Positions 32,091 through 43,317 are shown, numbered from the stretch's first letter. The stretch: 64,000 nt of DNA from Gemmatimonadota bacterium (GCA_036679605.1 JAZDCZ010000182.1:1-64000); one strand, 5' to 3'. The notes: generated by a model not told the origin, from the sequence alone. Made by a program: numbers and translations.

Positions 32091-34769
32091 GTGAAAACAG
32101 ACCACTCCATCTTGGAGCGCCTTCTCCGGTTGTTCCTCCCGCTTTACCCAAGGCGATTCCGCCAGCGAGTCGGGAGTGAGTTGATCCGAACGGTAACCGA
32201 TGCACTCGATAGGAACATCGTCCGGCATGGCCGAGCCATCGCGTTGGCCATGTTCACCTTTCACTTCGCCGACTTCGTTGGCAGCGGCCTGACGGAACGA
32301 TTGTCGTCGCGGCATCACCGGGTTGGTATCAAGCCAACCAGAGAGTCCACTATGTCACAGCTGTTCCAAGACCTCCGCATGGCACTGCGGGTGTTCTTCA
32401 AACAACCTGGCTTCACAATAGTCGTTGTAGCCACCGTCGGACTGGGCGTCGGGGCGAACACTGCGATGTTCAGCATCGTAAACGGCGTCCTCCTAAGCCG
32501 CCTCCCATACGACGAGCCCGACGAACTCGTGATCATCTCACAAAGCGACCGCATGAATGGGACCCCTCGGGAGGGAAGCTCCGGTCCCGACTATTTCGAC
32601 TATCTCGAACGACAAACAGTATTCGACGCAATGGCTGCATGGGGCAGTTCCAGTCCGACGCTCACAGACGCCATTGGCGACCCCGAGCGCCTTTCAGCGG
32701 TCCAGGTGACTCACACCCTGTTCCCGCTCCTCGGATGGGAAGCGGAACTTGGAAGAACGTTCACCGAGGAGGAGGACACTCCCGGCGGTCCTCGCGTTGC
32801 TGTGATAAGTCACGGCCTATGGACCCGAAGGTTCGGTTCCGACCCGAATGTTGTGGGCAGTACAATCACGCTCAGCGACATCGATCACGTTGTGATCGGA
32901 GTGGTACCCATGGACTTCCAGTTCCCTCGCGCTGCCGACCTCTGGATACCGCTCCAGTACGGACCGACTACGAATAGCAGAGGCGTACACTCGCTCGGAG
33001 TCGTCGCGCGCATGAAGGTGGGGGTTACGATCGATCTGGCTAGACAGAATATGACACAAATCATGGCCGATCTAGAGGAACTCTACCCACAAGACAACAT
33101 CGGGCGTGGGGCCACAGTAGACTCCATTGACTTCGCAACAACCGGCACCGTACGCTCTGTTCTTCTGCTTCTAATGGGCGCCGTAGTCTTGGTTCTGCTC
33201 ATCACGTGCGCGAATGTCGCGAACCTCCTCTTTGTACGGGGAACGACGCGACAGCGTGAGATAGCTGTTAGGTCTGCACTCGGTGCACAACGCAGCCGCA
33301 TCGTGATCCAAATGATGGTCGAGAGCTTGCAGCTCGCGGTAGTCGGAGGAGCGGTTGGCGTATTGATCGGGTTCGGTGGCATTAGGTTGCTTCTCGCACT
33401 GAGCCCATCGAACGTGCCAAGACTCGACGAGATCACGCTTAGTCCGACTGTTCTAGTCTTCTCATTGTTCATCACGATAGCGGCAGGAACAGTGTTTGGG
33501 ATCCTCCCCGCACTCCAAGTATCGAGAACCAACCTCACAGAGTCACTTTCGGAAGGTGGAAGAACATCGACGGATAGCTCCGCTGGAAGGGTCAGGACAG
33601 GGCTCGCCGTTGCTCAGATAGCGATCGCTTTCGTACTCGTCGTAGGTGCCGGACTGCTGATCAAGAGCATGTGGAAATTGACACAGGTGGATACGGGATT
33701 TCGCCCCGAGAACCTCGTGCGATTGTCCGTTTCACTACCGCAGTCGCGATACCCAACGCCCCGCGAAACATGGCCTCATGCCCCGGAAGCAAACGTGTTC
33801 TTTACCGAGGTTCTCGACCGAGCATCACGGGTTCCATCGGTAACAGGGGCAGCGATCGCGTTGAATCATCCACTCGCGGCCGGCTGGACCACACGGATGT
33901 TCGTCGAAGGCGGACCTCAAACTGTAGCTGAAGGGGTTGAGGAGGAACGAATGCGACCGGTGAGCCCTGGCTACTTCTCGACTATCGGTGCCGCACTGCT
34001 GAGCGGCAGGGATTTCTCGGACTTTGATCGCGCAGACGCACCTGCCGTCGCTATCATCAACGAATCATTCGTCCGGAAGTATTTTCCTGACGAGAACCCG
34101 ATCGGAAAGTACGTGAATTTCTGGAACGTTGATCGAGAGGTGGTGGGCGTTGTTGCCGGAATCCGATTCATGGGACTCGATGAACCAAGTCGCCCCGCCA
34201 TTTACAGCCCCATGAGACAGTTGCCGTTTACGGCCTTCGACATCATCCTGCGGGGAACGACCGAGCCCGACCAGATCATCTCGGCCATGAGGACGGAGCT
34301 CAAGGATATTGACCCGCAGCTAGCCGTATACAACACCGGTACAATCGAGGGAATCATATCGCAGTCAATAGGATCCCAACGGTTCACAACGACGATGCTT
34401 GGACTCTTCGCAGCACTAGCGGTCAGTTTGGCCTCAGTCGGTATCTATGGAGTGATATCGTACGGTGTGAGTAGGCGTTCCCAAGAGTTCGGAATTCGCA
34501 TGTCGCTGGGCGCCGAGCGCAACCGGGTAACAACCATGGTGTTGAAGCAAGGTGCGAAGCTAGCGTCTCTAGGAATCGCCATCGGATTGGTAGGTTCAGT
34601 CGCGCTTTCCAAACTCATGGCAGGACTGCTCTACAACGTCACCACCTTGGATCCTGCGACGCTCGGCACCGTCGCCGTGTTCCTCACACTTGTAGCACTG
34701 CTCGCTTGCTTTGTTCCAGCCTATAGGGCCAGCAGAGTGGATCCACTCATCGCACTCCGCCGCGAATGA
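32091..34769 (+). CDS. ADOP-type duplicated MacB/FtsX-like ABC permease (no ATPase adjacent)
   Basis: QDLRMALR...GLGVGANTAMFS, CANVANLL, REIAVRSALGA, EFGIRMSLGA, RASRVDPLIALRRE; paired with PadR. Confidence 0.92.
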   Translation: MKTDHSILERLLRLFLPLYPRRFRQRVGSELIRTVTDALDRNIVRHGRAIALAMFTFHFADFVGSGLTERLSSRHHRVGIKPTRESTMSQLFQDLRMALRVFFKQPGFTIVVVATVGLGVGANTAMFSIVNGVLLSRLPYDEPDELVIISQSDRMNGTPREGSSGPDYFDYLERQTVFDAMAAWGSSSPTLTDAIGDPERLSAVQVTHTLFPLLGWEAELGRTFTEEEDTPGGPRVAVISHGLWTRRFGSDPNVVGSTITLSDIDHVVIGVVPMDFQFPRAADLWIPLQYGPTTNSRGVHSLGVVARMKVGVTIDLARQNMTQIMADLEELYPQDNIGRGATVDSIDFATTGTVRSVLLLLMGAVVLVLLITCANVANLLFVRGTTRQREIAVRSALGAQRSRIVIQMMVESLQLAVVGGAVGVLIGFGGIRLLLALSPSNVPRLDEITLSPTVLVFSLFITIAAGTVFGILPALQVSRTNLTESLSEGGRTSTDSSAGRVRTGLAVAQIAIAFVLVVGAGLLIKSMWKLTQVDTGFRPENLVRLSVSLPQSRYPTPRETWPHAPEANVFFTEVLDRASRVPSVTGAAIALNHPLAAGWTTRMFVEGGPQTVAEGVEEERMRPVSPGYFSTIGAALLSGRDFSDFDRADAPAVAIINESFVRKYFPDENPIGKYVNFWNVDREVVGVVAGIRFMGLDEPSRPAIYSPMRQLPFTAFDIILRGTTEPDQIISAMRTELKDIDPQLAVYNTGTIEGIISQSIGSQRFTTTMLGLFAALAVSLASVGIYGVISYGVSRRSQEFGIRMSLGAERNRVTTMVLKQGAKLASLGIAIGLVGSVALSKLMAGLLYNVTTLDPATLGTVAVFLTLVALLACFVPAYRASRVDPLIALRRE

Positions 34770-34823
34770 TGCGCCCCTAGAATTCAGCTGCGGGAACCAT
34801 GGTATGTAGCTACATTGCGCACC

Positions 34824-35588
34824 ATGTTACATCGGGAAGACCGATCCGGTACGGCCATTGTGCGCCTGGATCATGGCAAGGTCCACGCACTGGACATCGA
34901 ATTGTTGCGGGCGCTCAAGAACACACTCGCCGAAATCGAAGATGACGCTGATGTCCGAGCTGTAGTCCTGACCGGGACCGGAACCGCGTTCAGTGCGGGA
35001 GTCGACCTGTTCCGCATAGTGGACGGCGGTCCCGACTATGTAGACGAATTCGTCCCACTGCTCGTCGAAACGTTCTTATCACTGTTCCGGCTCCCCCTTC
35101 CGGTGGTCGCCGCGATCAACGGCCATGCAATCGCCGGCGGCTGCATGTTGGCCGCTTGCTGTGATTTGAGAATCATGGCAGAGGGACCGGGCAGCATTGG
35201 AGTGCCTGAACTGAGGGTCGGCGTCCCCTTTCCTCTTGCGGCAATGGAGATCCTTCGGTTCGCGACCCCCGAGGCCCACCTACAGGAACTAGTGTATCTT
35301 GGCAGGAGTTACCATCCACAGGAGGCGCAACATCGAGGCCTGGTGGACGAGGTGGTGGACTCCTCAAAGCTGCTCGATCGTGCCCTTGAGATCGCCGCGC
35401 GGCTGGCGTCGGAGCCCTCCGCCCGGTTCCGCATTACCAAACGACAACTACGTGCACCGACGCTCGAGCGCATAGAACGTGACTCAGCAGCAGCCGATCG
35501 AGCAGTGCTGGGCGCCTGGAAAGATGCGGCCACGATAACGGCCATTACGCAATACGTAGAAGAACTCAAGAAGCGTCGAGACGCATAA
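34824..35588 (+). CDS. Enoyl-CoA hydratase/isomerase family protein
   Basis: AFSAGVDL, AAINGHAIAGG, GVPELRVG. Confidence 0.9.
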   Translation: MLHREDRSGTAIVRLDHGKVHALDIELLRALKNTLAEIEDDADVRAVVLTGTGTAFSAGVDLFRIVDGGPDYVDEFVPLLVETFLSLFRLPLPVVAAINGHAIAGGCMLAACCDLRIMAEGPGSIGVPELRVGVPFPLAAMEILRFATPEAHLQELVYLGRSYHPQEAQHRGLVDEVVDSSKLLDRALEIAARLASEPSARFRITKRQLRAPTLERIERDSAAADRAVLGAWKDAATITAITQYVEELKKRRDA

Positions 35589-35616
35589 CCGGACAATCTG
35601 AAGGAGCGAAGTAGGC

Positions 35617-35955
35617 ATGACAGAAGATGGGATCATTGAGTTGACGGACGGAGACGATCTAGCACAAATAGCTTCACAGAATCCTACCATCATCTACAAG
35701 CATAGCCCGGCGTGCTGGATGTCGTCGGTGTCAGCTCGTCAGATCAAGAAGTTCGTCAAGAAATATCCCGACACTCCCGTCTATTGGGTTGACGTCTTAG
35801 AACAGCGTGACCTTTCTCAGCGCATCGCCGAACATTTCTCCGTCGGGCATGAGTCGCCCCAAAGCATAGTGGTTGGGGACGGTAAAGTTCTTTGGCACGG
35901 TTCGCACGGCGCAGTCAACGTGAAGAAGTTGGCAAAGGCGGTCGGCGCCGATTGA
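35617..35955 (+). CDS. ytxJ: YtxJ/DUF2847-like monothiol thioredoxin-fold protein
   Basis: KHSPACWMS, RDLSQRIA, HESPQ, WHGSH pattern. Confidence 0.75.
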   Translation: MTEDGIIELTDGDDLAQIASQNPTIIYKHSPACWMSSVSARQIKKFVKKYPDTPVYWVDVLEQRDLSQRIAEHFSVGHESPQSIVVGDGKVLWHGSHGAVNVKKLAKAVGAD

Positions 35956-35970
35956 ACCGGGGACCACTCC

Positions 35971-37293
35971 CTACTCCCTGCTCCCTACTCCCTTATATAC
36001 CACCCCTTCTTTCATCACGAACGTCACCCGCTCCAACTCGCTGATTTCCTGGAGCGGATCACCCGCGACGGCGATCATGTCGGCTATCTTGCCGGCTTCC
36101 AAGATTCCAATATCGTCCCGATCAAGTAAAGCAGCTGCTACCGAGGTTGCGGACTGGATGGCTGCCATCGTCGACATGCCATAGCGCACCATGTAAGAAA
36201 GTTCCTGAGCTTGATTTTCAGTCCACGCATAACCACCTGCATCCGTCCCGTAGGCGATCTTGACGTTCTTTGCCAGGGCTATCCCAAACGCACGTTTCGT
36301 CGTCTCTGACATTCGCGGCCAGTTGCCGCCGCGTGGCGCCACGTAGGCCACGACGAAGATTGTGGGACACCAATACACGTTCTGCTCTACCATGCGGTCC
36401 ATAAGGTCTTCAGTGAGGCCGATACCGTGCTCGATGGAGTTGACCCCGGCTCGTAACGCCGCGTCGATGCCGTCCCACCCAATCGCGTGTGCAGCCACCT
36501 GACGTCCCAGTCGGTGCGCCTCGTCGACGATCGCCTTCATCTCCTCGTCTGTGAAGTTCACCCACGACCTCAAACGACCATCATCTGTATAGTAGTACTG
36601 CCTGTCGGCATAGAACTTTATCCAGTCGGCTCCGTACTTTACCTGCTCTCTCACTGCCTTCCGGATATTGTCGGGACCGTCGACTATCTGCACTCCTTCC
36701 GGCACCTTCAGTTCCCATGAGTAGCCGCGGAGCGGATACATCCCGGTAGGTGCCATCGCCCGAGTTGCGACAAAGAGCCTGGGACCAGGTATGACTCCTC
36801 GATTGATGGCGGTCTTCACATCCACGTCCGCATACATGGCTCCCTCGGTCTCCAGATCGCGCATGGTCGTAAAACCATTCATGAGTGCCGTGCGCGCCGC
36901 GGCGGCCGCACGGATCGCTCTATAAGGAATACTCTCCTTGAGCACTTGTTCATCGTAATCTGCTGCGGTGATGTCGCCTTGCAGCAGCAAGTGGGTGTGT
37001 GCGTCTATCAACCCTGGCAACAGAGTGGCGTCACCCAGGTCGATCGTGCGTGCCTCGCGTGGCGCCTGGCGTGCAATTTCCTCGGGGCTTCCGATCTGGA
37101 CGATGCGCCCTCCTTCGACCAATACCGCCACGTCATCCCGGACTCCGTCGGATCGCCCATCGATCAGATGGGCCGCCCGCACGACGTAGACACTCGGTTC
37201 GGAACGGTCGGAACCCTGTCCCCAACCTGGCTGGACGGAAAAGAACAGGGCCGTGACAGCGACTGACGAGATCAGAGATATGCTAGGTTTCAT
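35971..37293 (-). CDS. Secreted amidohydrolase (Xaa-Pro dipeptidase-like)
   Basis: Signal peptide; PGLIDAHTH, GADWIK, VAAHA, SIEHG, YGTDAG. Confidence 0.9.
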   Translation of the reverse strand: MKPSISLISSVAVTALFFSVQPGWGQGSDRSEPSVYVVRAAHLIDGRSDGVRDDVAVLVEGGRIVQIGSPEEIARQAPREARTIDLGDATLLPGLIDAHTHLLLQGDITAADYDEQVLKESIPYRAIRAAAAARTALMNGFTTMRDLETEGAMYADVDVKTAINRGVIPGPRLFVATRAMAPTGMYPLRGYSWELKVPEGVQIVDGPDNIRKAVREQVKYGADWIKFYADRQYYYTDDGRLRSWVNFTDEEMKAIVDEAHRLGRQVAAHAIGWDGIDAALRAGVNSIEHGIGLTEDLMDRMVEQNVYWCPTIFVVAYVAPRGGNWPRMSETTKRAFGIALAKNVKIAYGTDAGGYAWTENQAQELSYMVRYGMSTMAAIQSATSVAAALLDRDDIGILEAGKIADMIAVAGDPLQEISELERVTFVMKEGVVYKGVGSRE

Positions 37294-37446
37294 CCGGAAT
37301 TCCTAGGTTGAGACACCCCCAATGTGACGTAGATCACGTACAATACGCTAGGGGCAGTCCAGACTTAACATTCGCAGACCATCGGCGTCATACAATCCAG
37401 CAGGCGGAATTCCGCCGGAACCGTAACCTGAGACTGAGAGAATAGA

Positions 37447-38247
37447 ATGTACGCAACCCTAAACCGCAGCCTCACCGCCGCCTTACCAGTCCTCCTTCTG
37501 CTCGGCGCGTGCAGCGACGATCCCAGCAGTCCGCTCAGCGCCGCCGAGCAAGACATGTTGATCAACCAGGACGTCGCTCTATTTGTAGCCGATGCCACTG
37601 CTGATGATATCGCGTTCATGACGTCCGAGGCCGACTCCACGATGGATCCGACCTTTGCGAACCGCACCGACTGCACGCGTCAGGCCAGACGCCGGCTGCG
37701 CTGTGCGGCGCGCAGTTTCGCAGGAGACCTCATGATGAGCCGGGACGTGACATACCTCGACGCCGACGGTGTCGAGCAGGACGCATTCGATCCGGTGACC
37801 ACCGAGTCAATCCACATAGAGGCTTCCATGGAGGGTAGCCGCACCACCGACCGGTTCAGCATCGAGATAAGCCGTACTCGCGACGTAACAATATCGGGGC
37901 TTGCGGGTGACGAGACCGAACGTACTCTGAACGGTACCGGTAGTACCAGCCAGAACCGCAGCCGGCACACCGACGGTGCCGCTGACCGCGTCTACAACAT
38001 GAGCAGCACGTCCGTAATGACGGACATCGTAATAGCAGTGCCACGAACGGATGGTTCGTTTCCTCTTTCCGGCACGATCACTCGCGAGGTCACCATCGAA
38101 GTCATCACGGGCCTGGAGGACACGCGAACCCGCTCGAGAACCGTTACCATAGAGTTCAACGGCACTCGGCTCGTGACGATCACCATAAACAGTGAAACGT
38201 TCACGTTCGACCTCGTCACCAAGGAGATCGTTCGGGACGCAGCATAG
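37447..38247 (+). CDS. Lipoprotein, hypothetical
   Basis: Lipobox LLGAC; Thr/Ser-rich, beta-strand-like sequence. Confidence 0.78.
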   Translation: MYATLNRSLTAALPVLLLLGACSDDPSSPLSAAEQDMLINQDVALFVADATADDIAFMTSEADSTMDPTFANRTDCTRQARRRLRCAARSFAGDLMMSRDVTYLDADGVEQDAFDPVTTESIHIEASMEGSRTTDRFSIEISRTRDVTISGLAGDETERTLNGTGSTSQNRSRHTDGAADRVYNMSSTSVMTDIVIAVPRTDGSFPLSGTITREVTIEVITGLEDTRTRSRTVTIEFNGTRLVTITINSETFTFDLVTKEIVRDAA

Positions 38248-38260
38248 CAATAGGATGTAG

Positions 38261-38294
38261 CATGTAGGGGCAACGCACGCGTTGCCTCTACATG
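38261..38294. repeat. GTAG-type REP palindrome
   Basis: CATGTAGGGGCAACGC-AC-GCGTTGCCTCTACATG directly after the lipoprotein stop. Confidence 0.75.
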
Positions 38295-38466
38295 GCTTGA
38301 ATCTCTCATGAATCTTTCTTTAGAGCCGGTCCGTCGAGGCCTCCTCGGGAGCGTCCAAAGCCCCTGAAAACCGGGCGAAATCTCCAACTCAAGCATCTAC
38401 CCCTGGCAGTTGGCATGCCTTTGGACGGGTGACTCCGGACCAAAGTGGTCTTAGATTCTATCCGTC

Positions 38467-39306
38467 ATGCATACCACCCTCAGGCTGCTAAATGCCCTAC
38501 TGCCACTCGGCTATCTCCTGGCCGTGCTGAACTACGGGGCTCTATATACCACCGGTTCAAGCTGGAGTACCAAGTCGGCCCCGTTTGTCGCGCGCGGACT
38601 GGCCGCAACCCACGCCGTCTATCTGATCCTCGCAACCATCGCCTACGGTCACGTTCCCGTGGCCAACGCCTGGGAGGCATTCACATTCTTGGCGTTTGCG
38701 GTGACGGTCGTCTATCTGGTACTGGAGTGGCAACTCGATGATAAGGCGACAGGGATGTTCCTACTCGGCCCCGCACTCTTTTTTCAATTTCTCTCGAGTG
38801 CCCTGATTACGCAGACGAGTGAAGTGGCCCCGATCCTACGGTCTCCTTGGTTCGGCCTGCACGTCACCGCGGCACTGCTGGGATACGCGGCATTCGCAAT
38901 CGCAGCTGTGTACGGTACTCTCTATCTCTTGCTCTACGGCGAACTAAAAGGCCACCGGGCCGGCCTGATATTCCGAAGACTTCCCAACCTCGAGATTCTC
39001 TCACGTATGAACAACAATGCTCTCTTGTTCGGTTGGGGTTGTCTTACGCTAGCTATAACAGTGGGCTTCGCGTGGGCGTCGAGTCTCACGGCCAGCGGCG
39101 AGCTGGCCGGGAGCTTCCTTTCCGATCCAAAGTTGTTGAGCACGGTCCTCGTCTGGGTTCTATACAGCGCGTGTCTTGGTGGACGCTGGATCTTGAAGTG
39201 GCCGAACCGTCACCTAGCGCGCATATCAGTACTTGCATTTATCATCATGCTTGCGTCTTCCCTTGCCGTAAACCTCGTCGTGGAATCATTCCACTCGTTC
39301 GGATAG
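38467..39306 (+). CDS. CcsA/HemX-like cytochrome c assembly membrane protein
   Basis: About 8 TM helices; WFGLHV, RRLPNLEIL, TVGFAWA, DPKLL; directly upstream of hemA. Confidence 0.82.
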   Translation: MHTTLRLLNALLPLGYLLAVLNYGALYTTGSSWSTKSAPFVARGLAATHAVYLILATIAYGHVPVANAWEAFTFLAFAVTVVYLVLEWQLDDKATGMFLLGPALFFQFLSSALITQTSEVAPILRSPWFGLHVTAALLGYAAFAIAAVYGTLYLLLYGELKGHRAGLIFRRLPNLEILSRMNNNALLFGWGCLTLAITVGFAWASSLTASGELAGSFLSDPKLLSTVLVWVLYSACLGGRWILKWPNRHLARISVLAFIIMLASSLAVNLVVESFHSFG

Positions 39307-39310
39307 GAAG

Positions 39311-40618
39311 ATGCAACTAATCGGCCTCGGAACCAGCCATACTAATGCACCTGCCGATATTCGGGATGCTCTGGCAATGGACCCCGCCGATACGGCGGCC
39401 CTCATCGCCCAGATTCGCGAAGCAACCGATTGCATCTCAGAAGTGGTCGTCCTATCAACGTGTCATCGAACGGAACTCTACGCGTCTGTCACAGACATCG
39501 AGAAGGGACCGCGTGCTTTGCGCTCAGCGGTAACGGCTCGAAAGAAGGTCGACTACTTCGAGAACGGCAAGTACACAGTATCTAGAGAGGGGAGAGATGC
39601 CGCCCAACATCTGTTCCGCGTGGCGTGCGGCATCGATTCTCTAATGATCGGCGAGCCTCAGATTCTGGGACAGGTCAAAGACGCTCTCTCGCTAGCGGAA
39701 CGAAACAGTTCATGCGGCGTACTGCTCAACCGGCTCTTCCATGCAGCGGTACAGGCAGGCAAGCGCGCGCGCACCGAAACTGCCATCGGACGCGGCGCCG
39801 TCTCGATCGCGTACGCCGCCGTCGAGATGGCAAGAAAGGTATTTGGCAACCTAACGCACAAGAATGTGCTGATTCTTGGAGCGGGAGAGACAGGGAAACT
39901 GGCGGCACTGCACCTGCGAGACACATCGCCACAACGCATCACAGTGATGAATCGCACTTTCACAAAGGCGGAGTTGCTGGCTGCCGAAGTCGGTGGTGTC
40001 GCATTACAGATCGATCAGTTGCAGAGTGCGCTGGGCGACGCCGACGTAGTCGTGACTGCCACAGCGGCGGACAAGCCGCTGATCACGACTGATATTGTAG
40101 AGCGCATCACGAAGTCGCGAGCACGCAGACCGATGTTGATCGTAGACATCGCGAGTCCACGCGATGTAGATCCGGCGGTCGGAGCGCTGTCGAACATTTT
40201 TCTCTACGATCTGGATGCACTCCAGATCATCGTGGACCAAAATCGCGCCGCTCGCAGCAAGGAGATCCCCAAGATCGAGCACATCGTAAACGACGAGCTG
40301 GATCGGTTCTTCGAGTGGTACGGAACCCTCGAGGTGATCCCGACCGTGCGAAGCTTGCGACGCACGTTTGCCGAGATCGGCGAACGGGAAGCCAGAAGGC
40401 AGGCAAAACAATTTCACAGAGGCGATCGTGAGACCTTGGAGAGATACACACAGGCGCTCATCAGCAAGCTATTGCACGAGCCTACCATTCGCCTGAAGCA
40501 GCTGGATAAATCTAGCTCCGATGACCTCTCCAAGCTGGCCGCCATTCGCGACATCTTCCGATTGACGTCTGCCGAGAACGATAAGGACACCCAGGATGAC
40601 GGAGATCCTGCAAAATGA
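39311..40618 (+). CDS. hemA: Glutamyl-tRNA reductase
   Basis: LSTCHRTELY, GIDSLMIGEPQILGQV, ILGAGETG, DIASPRDVD. Confidence 0.96.
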   Translation: MQLIGLGTSHTNAPADIRDALAMDPADTAALIAQIREATDCISEVVVLSTCHRTELYASVTDIEKGPRALRSAVTARKKVDYFENGKYTVSREGRDAAQHLFRVACGIDSLMIGEPQILGQVKDALSLAERNSSCGVLLNRLFHAAVQAGKRARTETAIGRGAVSIAYAAVEMARKVFGNLTHKNVLILGAGETGKLAALHLRDTSPQRITVMNRTFTKAELLAAEVGGVALQIDQLQSALGDADVVVTATAADKPLITTDIVERITKSRARRPMLIVDIASPRDVDPAVGALSNIFLYDLDALQIIVDQNRAARSKEIPKIEHIVNDELDRFFEWYGTLEVIPTVRSLRRTFAEIGEREARRQAKQFHRGDRETLERYTQALISKLLHEPTIRLKQLDKSSSDDLSKLAAIRDIFRLTSAENDKDTQDDGDPAK

Positions 40619-41565
40619 CCGTGTCGCATGACACTCTCCGAATTGGAACCCGTCGCTCCGACCTAGCCCGTTGGCAGGCCGAACATGTGGCCGCGAGGTT
40701 ACGTCAAATGGATGGAGCACCAGAGGTAGAGATGGTGTTCATCAAGACGGAGGGAGATCGAATAGCCGACGTTCCGCTCCACTCGGTCGACGGCAAGGCA
40801 TTTTTCACTAAGGAAATCGAGCACGCCTTGCTGAATGAAAGAGTCGATATCGCCGTACACAGTCTCAAGGACTTGGCAACTGAATTACCAAACGGTTTGG
40901 CGCTCGGCGCAGTGCTCGAGCGAGAAGACCCGCGCGATGTTCTGCTGACACGCGACGGATCACACATAGATGAACTCCCTCCAGGCGCACGACTCGGAAC
41001 GAGTAGCCTACGACGCAGAGCACTTCTGGCGCGGTTACGACCTGACCTCGAGTTCACTGACCTTCGGGGCAACGTTCCAACACGGATCGACAAGCTCCAA
41101 GCCGGAGATTACGAGGCTATCGTCTTGGCAGCCGCGGGCATTAAACGTCTGGGGCTCGAGGAAAACATTACTCAGTACCTGCCGCTTGACCGGATGCTGC
41201 CGGCAGTGTCACAGGGCGCCGTAGTGGTTCAAGTTCGGAGTGGTGATTTCAACACTCTTCGCTGGATAGACAGCTTGGACCATGCCGATACGCGCTTCGC
41301 AACATGTGCTGAGCGAAGCCTGCTCCGCACACTGGAGGGCGGTTGCCAAATCCCGGTAGGTGCCCTCGCTATCGTAGAGAACGACCGGTTAAAGCTAGAC
41401 GCGACAGTCTGTTCGCTCTCAGGTGAGCAGTATGTCGAGGGCAGCCGCGAGGGCCCCTCACACGAGGCCGACGCGATCGGCAAGTCACTCGCTGAATACC
41501 TGCTGACGTCAGGTGCCGACGCCATCCTGTCCGAAATCCGCAGTGGCATCGCGGAGGGGATATGA
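40615..41565 (+). CDS. hemC: Hydroxymethylbilane synthase
   Basis: IGTRRSDLA, DIAVHSLKD, GTSSLRR, LRGNV, EGGCQIP. Confidence 0.97.
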   Translation: MTVSHDTLRIGTRRSDLARWQAEHVAARLRQMDGAPEVEMVFIKTEGDRIADVPLHSVDGKAFFTKEIEHALLNERVDIAVHSLKDLATELPNGLALGAVLEREDPRDVLLTRDGSHIDELPPGARLGTSSLRRRALLARLRPDLEFTDLRGNVPTRIDKLQAGDYEAIVLAAAGIKRLGLEENITQYLPLDRMLPAVSQGAVVVQVRSGDFNTLRWIDSLDHADTRFATCAERSLLRTLEGGCQIPVGALAIVENDRLKLDATVCSLSGEQYVEGSREGPSHEADAIGKSLAEYLLTSGADAILSEIRSGIAEGI

Positions 41566-42329
41566 CCCTGAGCGGAAGGGCCGTAGTAGTTACCCGTTGT
41601 GAGAATGCGAGCGGCCCACTGGGAACCAGGCTCGCCGAGCGCGGCGCCATCGTGATTCGCTGGCCTACCACCGAGTCGGGTCCGCCACCTGACCAACCGG
41701 CATTCGAGAGGGCTCTGACCGATATTGCAAAATATGACTGGATAGTTTTCTCGAGCGCCAGGTCAGTGAGCGCGGTTATGAATCAGTTCAACACCCTGCC
41801 AGAAGCAGTCCAGGTGGCAGTGGTCGGGCCGGCAACCGCCGCTGCGGTCGAATCGGCCGGTTGGCAAGTGGACCTGATGCCGGAGCAGTTCGACGCCGAA
41901 TCACTGGTTGAAGAATTCCAGCACCGCAAGCTAGGCGATACGACTCGAGTCCTATTCCCCTGCAGTTCCAAGGCTCTGAACACGATTCCCAGCGGGCTCA
42001 TTGAGCAAGGTGCCCAAGTCGATCGAGTCGTGGCATACAAAACCAGTTATGCTGCGCTAGATGGTAAGTCATGCCTACAGCAGATCGAATCCGGAGCTGT
42101 CGACGCGATTACCTTTACCAGCCCTTCGGCAATTGAAGGCCTCTTATCATCGCTCGGCGATAACGGATTCCGCAGTGCAATGCAGCAAGTGCCGGCAGTT
42201 GTCATCGGACCTTCAACGGAGCGTGCGCTGAGAGATGCGGGTTCGGCACCGGCGGCAGTGGCCAGCCCCAGCACGTTCGACGGATTGGTGGATTCGTTGA
42301 CAACCTACTTCGACAAGGAACAACCGTAG
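41562..42329 (+). CDS. hemD: Uroporphyrinogen-III synthase
   Basis: VVVTR, WIVFSS, VVGPATA, TFTSPSA, IGPST; operon position. Confidence 0.9.
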   Translation: MTLSGRAVVVTRCENASGPLGTRLAERGAIVIRWPTTESGPPPDQPAFERALTDIAKYDWIVFSSARSVSAVMNQFNTLPEAVQVAVVGPATAAAVESAGWQVDLMPEQFDAESLVEEFQHRKLGDTTRVLFPCSSKALNTIPSGLIEQGAQVDRVVAYKTSYAALDGKSCLQQIESGAVDAITFTSPSAIEGLLSSLGDNGFRSAMQQVPAVVIGPSTERALRDAGSAPAAVASPSTFDGLVDSLTTYFDKEQP

Positions 42330-42332
42330 CCA

Positions 42333-43307
42333 ATGTCATATCCCGAACATCGCCTTCGCAGGCTTCGGAAAACAAAAGCATGGAGACGGATGCTGCGTGA
42401 GACCACGCTCACTGTCGACGACCTCATATATCCGATGTTCGTGGTTCCGGGTGAGAGCCTCACAGAGCCAGTGGCTAGCATGCCGGGTGTATCACAGATG
42501 TCGGTAGATCGTGCGGCTGCCGAAGCGGCGCTGGTTCACGACTTGGGCATTCCGGCAATCATCCTGTTTGGCATTCCAGAACAAAAAGACGCAAAGGGAA
42601 GCGAGGGATACGATCCGAACGGAATAGTACCGCGAGCGGTTCGTGCCATAAAAAATGCAGTACCCGACTTGCTTGTCTGGACCGACGTATGTCTTTGTGA
42701 GTACACCGATCACGGACATTGCGGACTGCTGACTGAATCCGGCGAGGTCAACAACGACGCGACCTTGCCGCTGTTGGCGCGTGCGGCCGTAGTGTACGCT
42801 CAAGCCGGGGCCGACGCGGTGGCACCGAGCGACATGATGGACGGCCGTGTTGGTGCAATCCGCCAAGCTTTGGACGAGAGTGACCTCGAGTCCACACCCA
42901 TAGTGTCCTACGCAGCAAAGTTTGCGTCGGCGTTCTACGGTCCGTTCCGCGATGCTGCCCACTCCAGTCCAAGTTTTGGTGACCGGCGGGGCTATCAGAT
43001 GGATCCACCGAATTCGAATGAAGCGCTGCGCGAAGTAGAACTCGACATCGACGAGAGTGCCGACGTTGTCATCGTCAAACCTGCCGGTCCGTATCTCGAT
43101 ATTGTGAGACGAGTCAAGGACACATTTGGAGTGCCAACTGCCGCCTATCAGGTGTCCGGCGAATATGCCATGCTAAAGGCCGCGTGTGAACGCGGATGGC
43201 TCGACGAGCAGCGGGCCGTAATGGAAAGCCTAGTCGGCATAAAGAGAGCCGGTGCAGACATGATACTCACATATTTTGCCAAAGATGTCGCCGGCTGGCT
43301 GCGTTGA
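42333..43307 (+). CDS. hemB: Porphobilinogen synthase
   Basis: [42 protein letters not shown]. Confidence 0.97.
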   Translation: MSYPEHRLRRLRKTKAWRRMLRETTLTVDDLIYPMFVVPGESLTEPVASMPGVSQMSVDRAAAEAALVHDLGIPAIILFGIPEQKDAKGSEGYDPNGIVPRAVRAIKNAVPDLLVWTDVCLCEYTDHGHCGLLTESGEVNNDATLPLLARAAVVYAQAGADAVAPSDMMDGRVGAIRQALDESDLESTPIVSYAAKFASAFYGPFRDAAHSSPSFGDRRGYQMDPPNSNEALREVELDIDESADVVIVKPAGPYLDIVRRVKDTFGVPTAAYQVSGEYAMLKAACERGWLDEQRAVMESLVGIKRAGADMILTYFAKDVAGWLR

Positions 43308-43317
43308 CGGTGGTCGC

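Noticed and set aside
38410..38426. TTGGCATGCCTTTGG as a sigma54 promoter for the haem operon
   Set aside because: The -12 position reads GA rather than GC.
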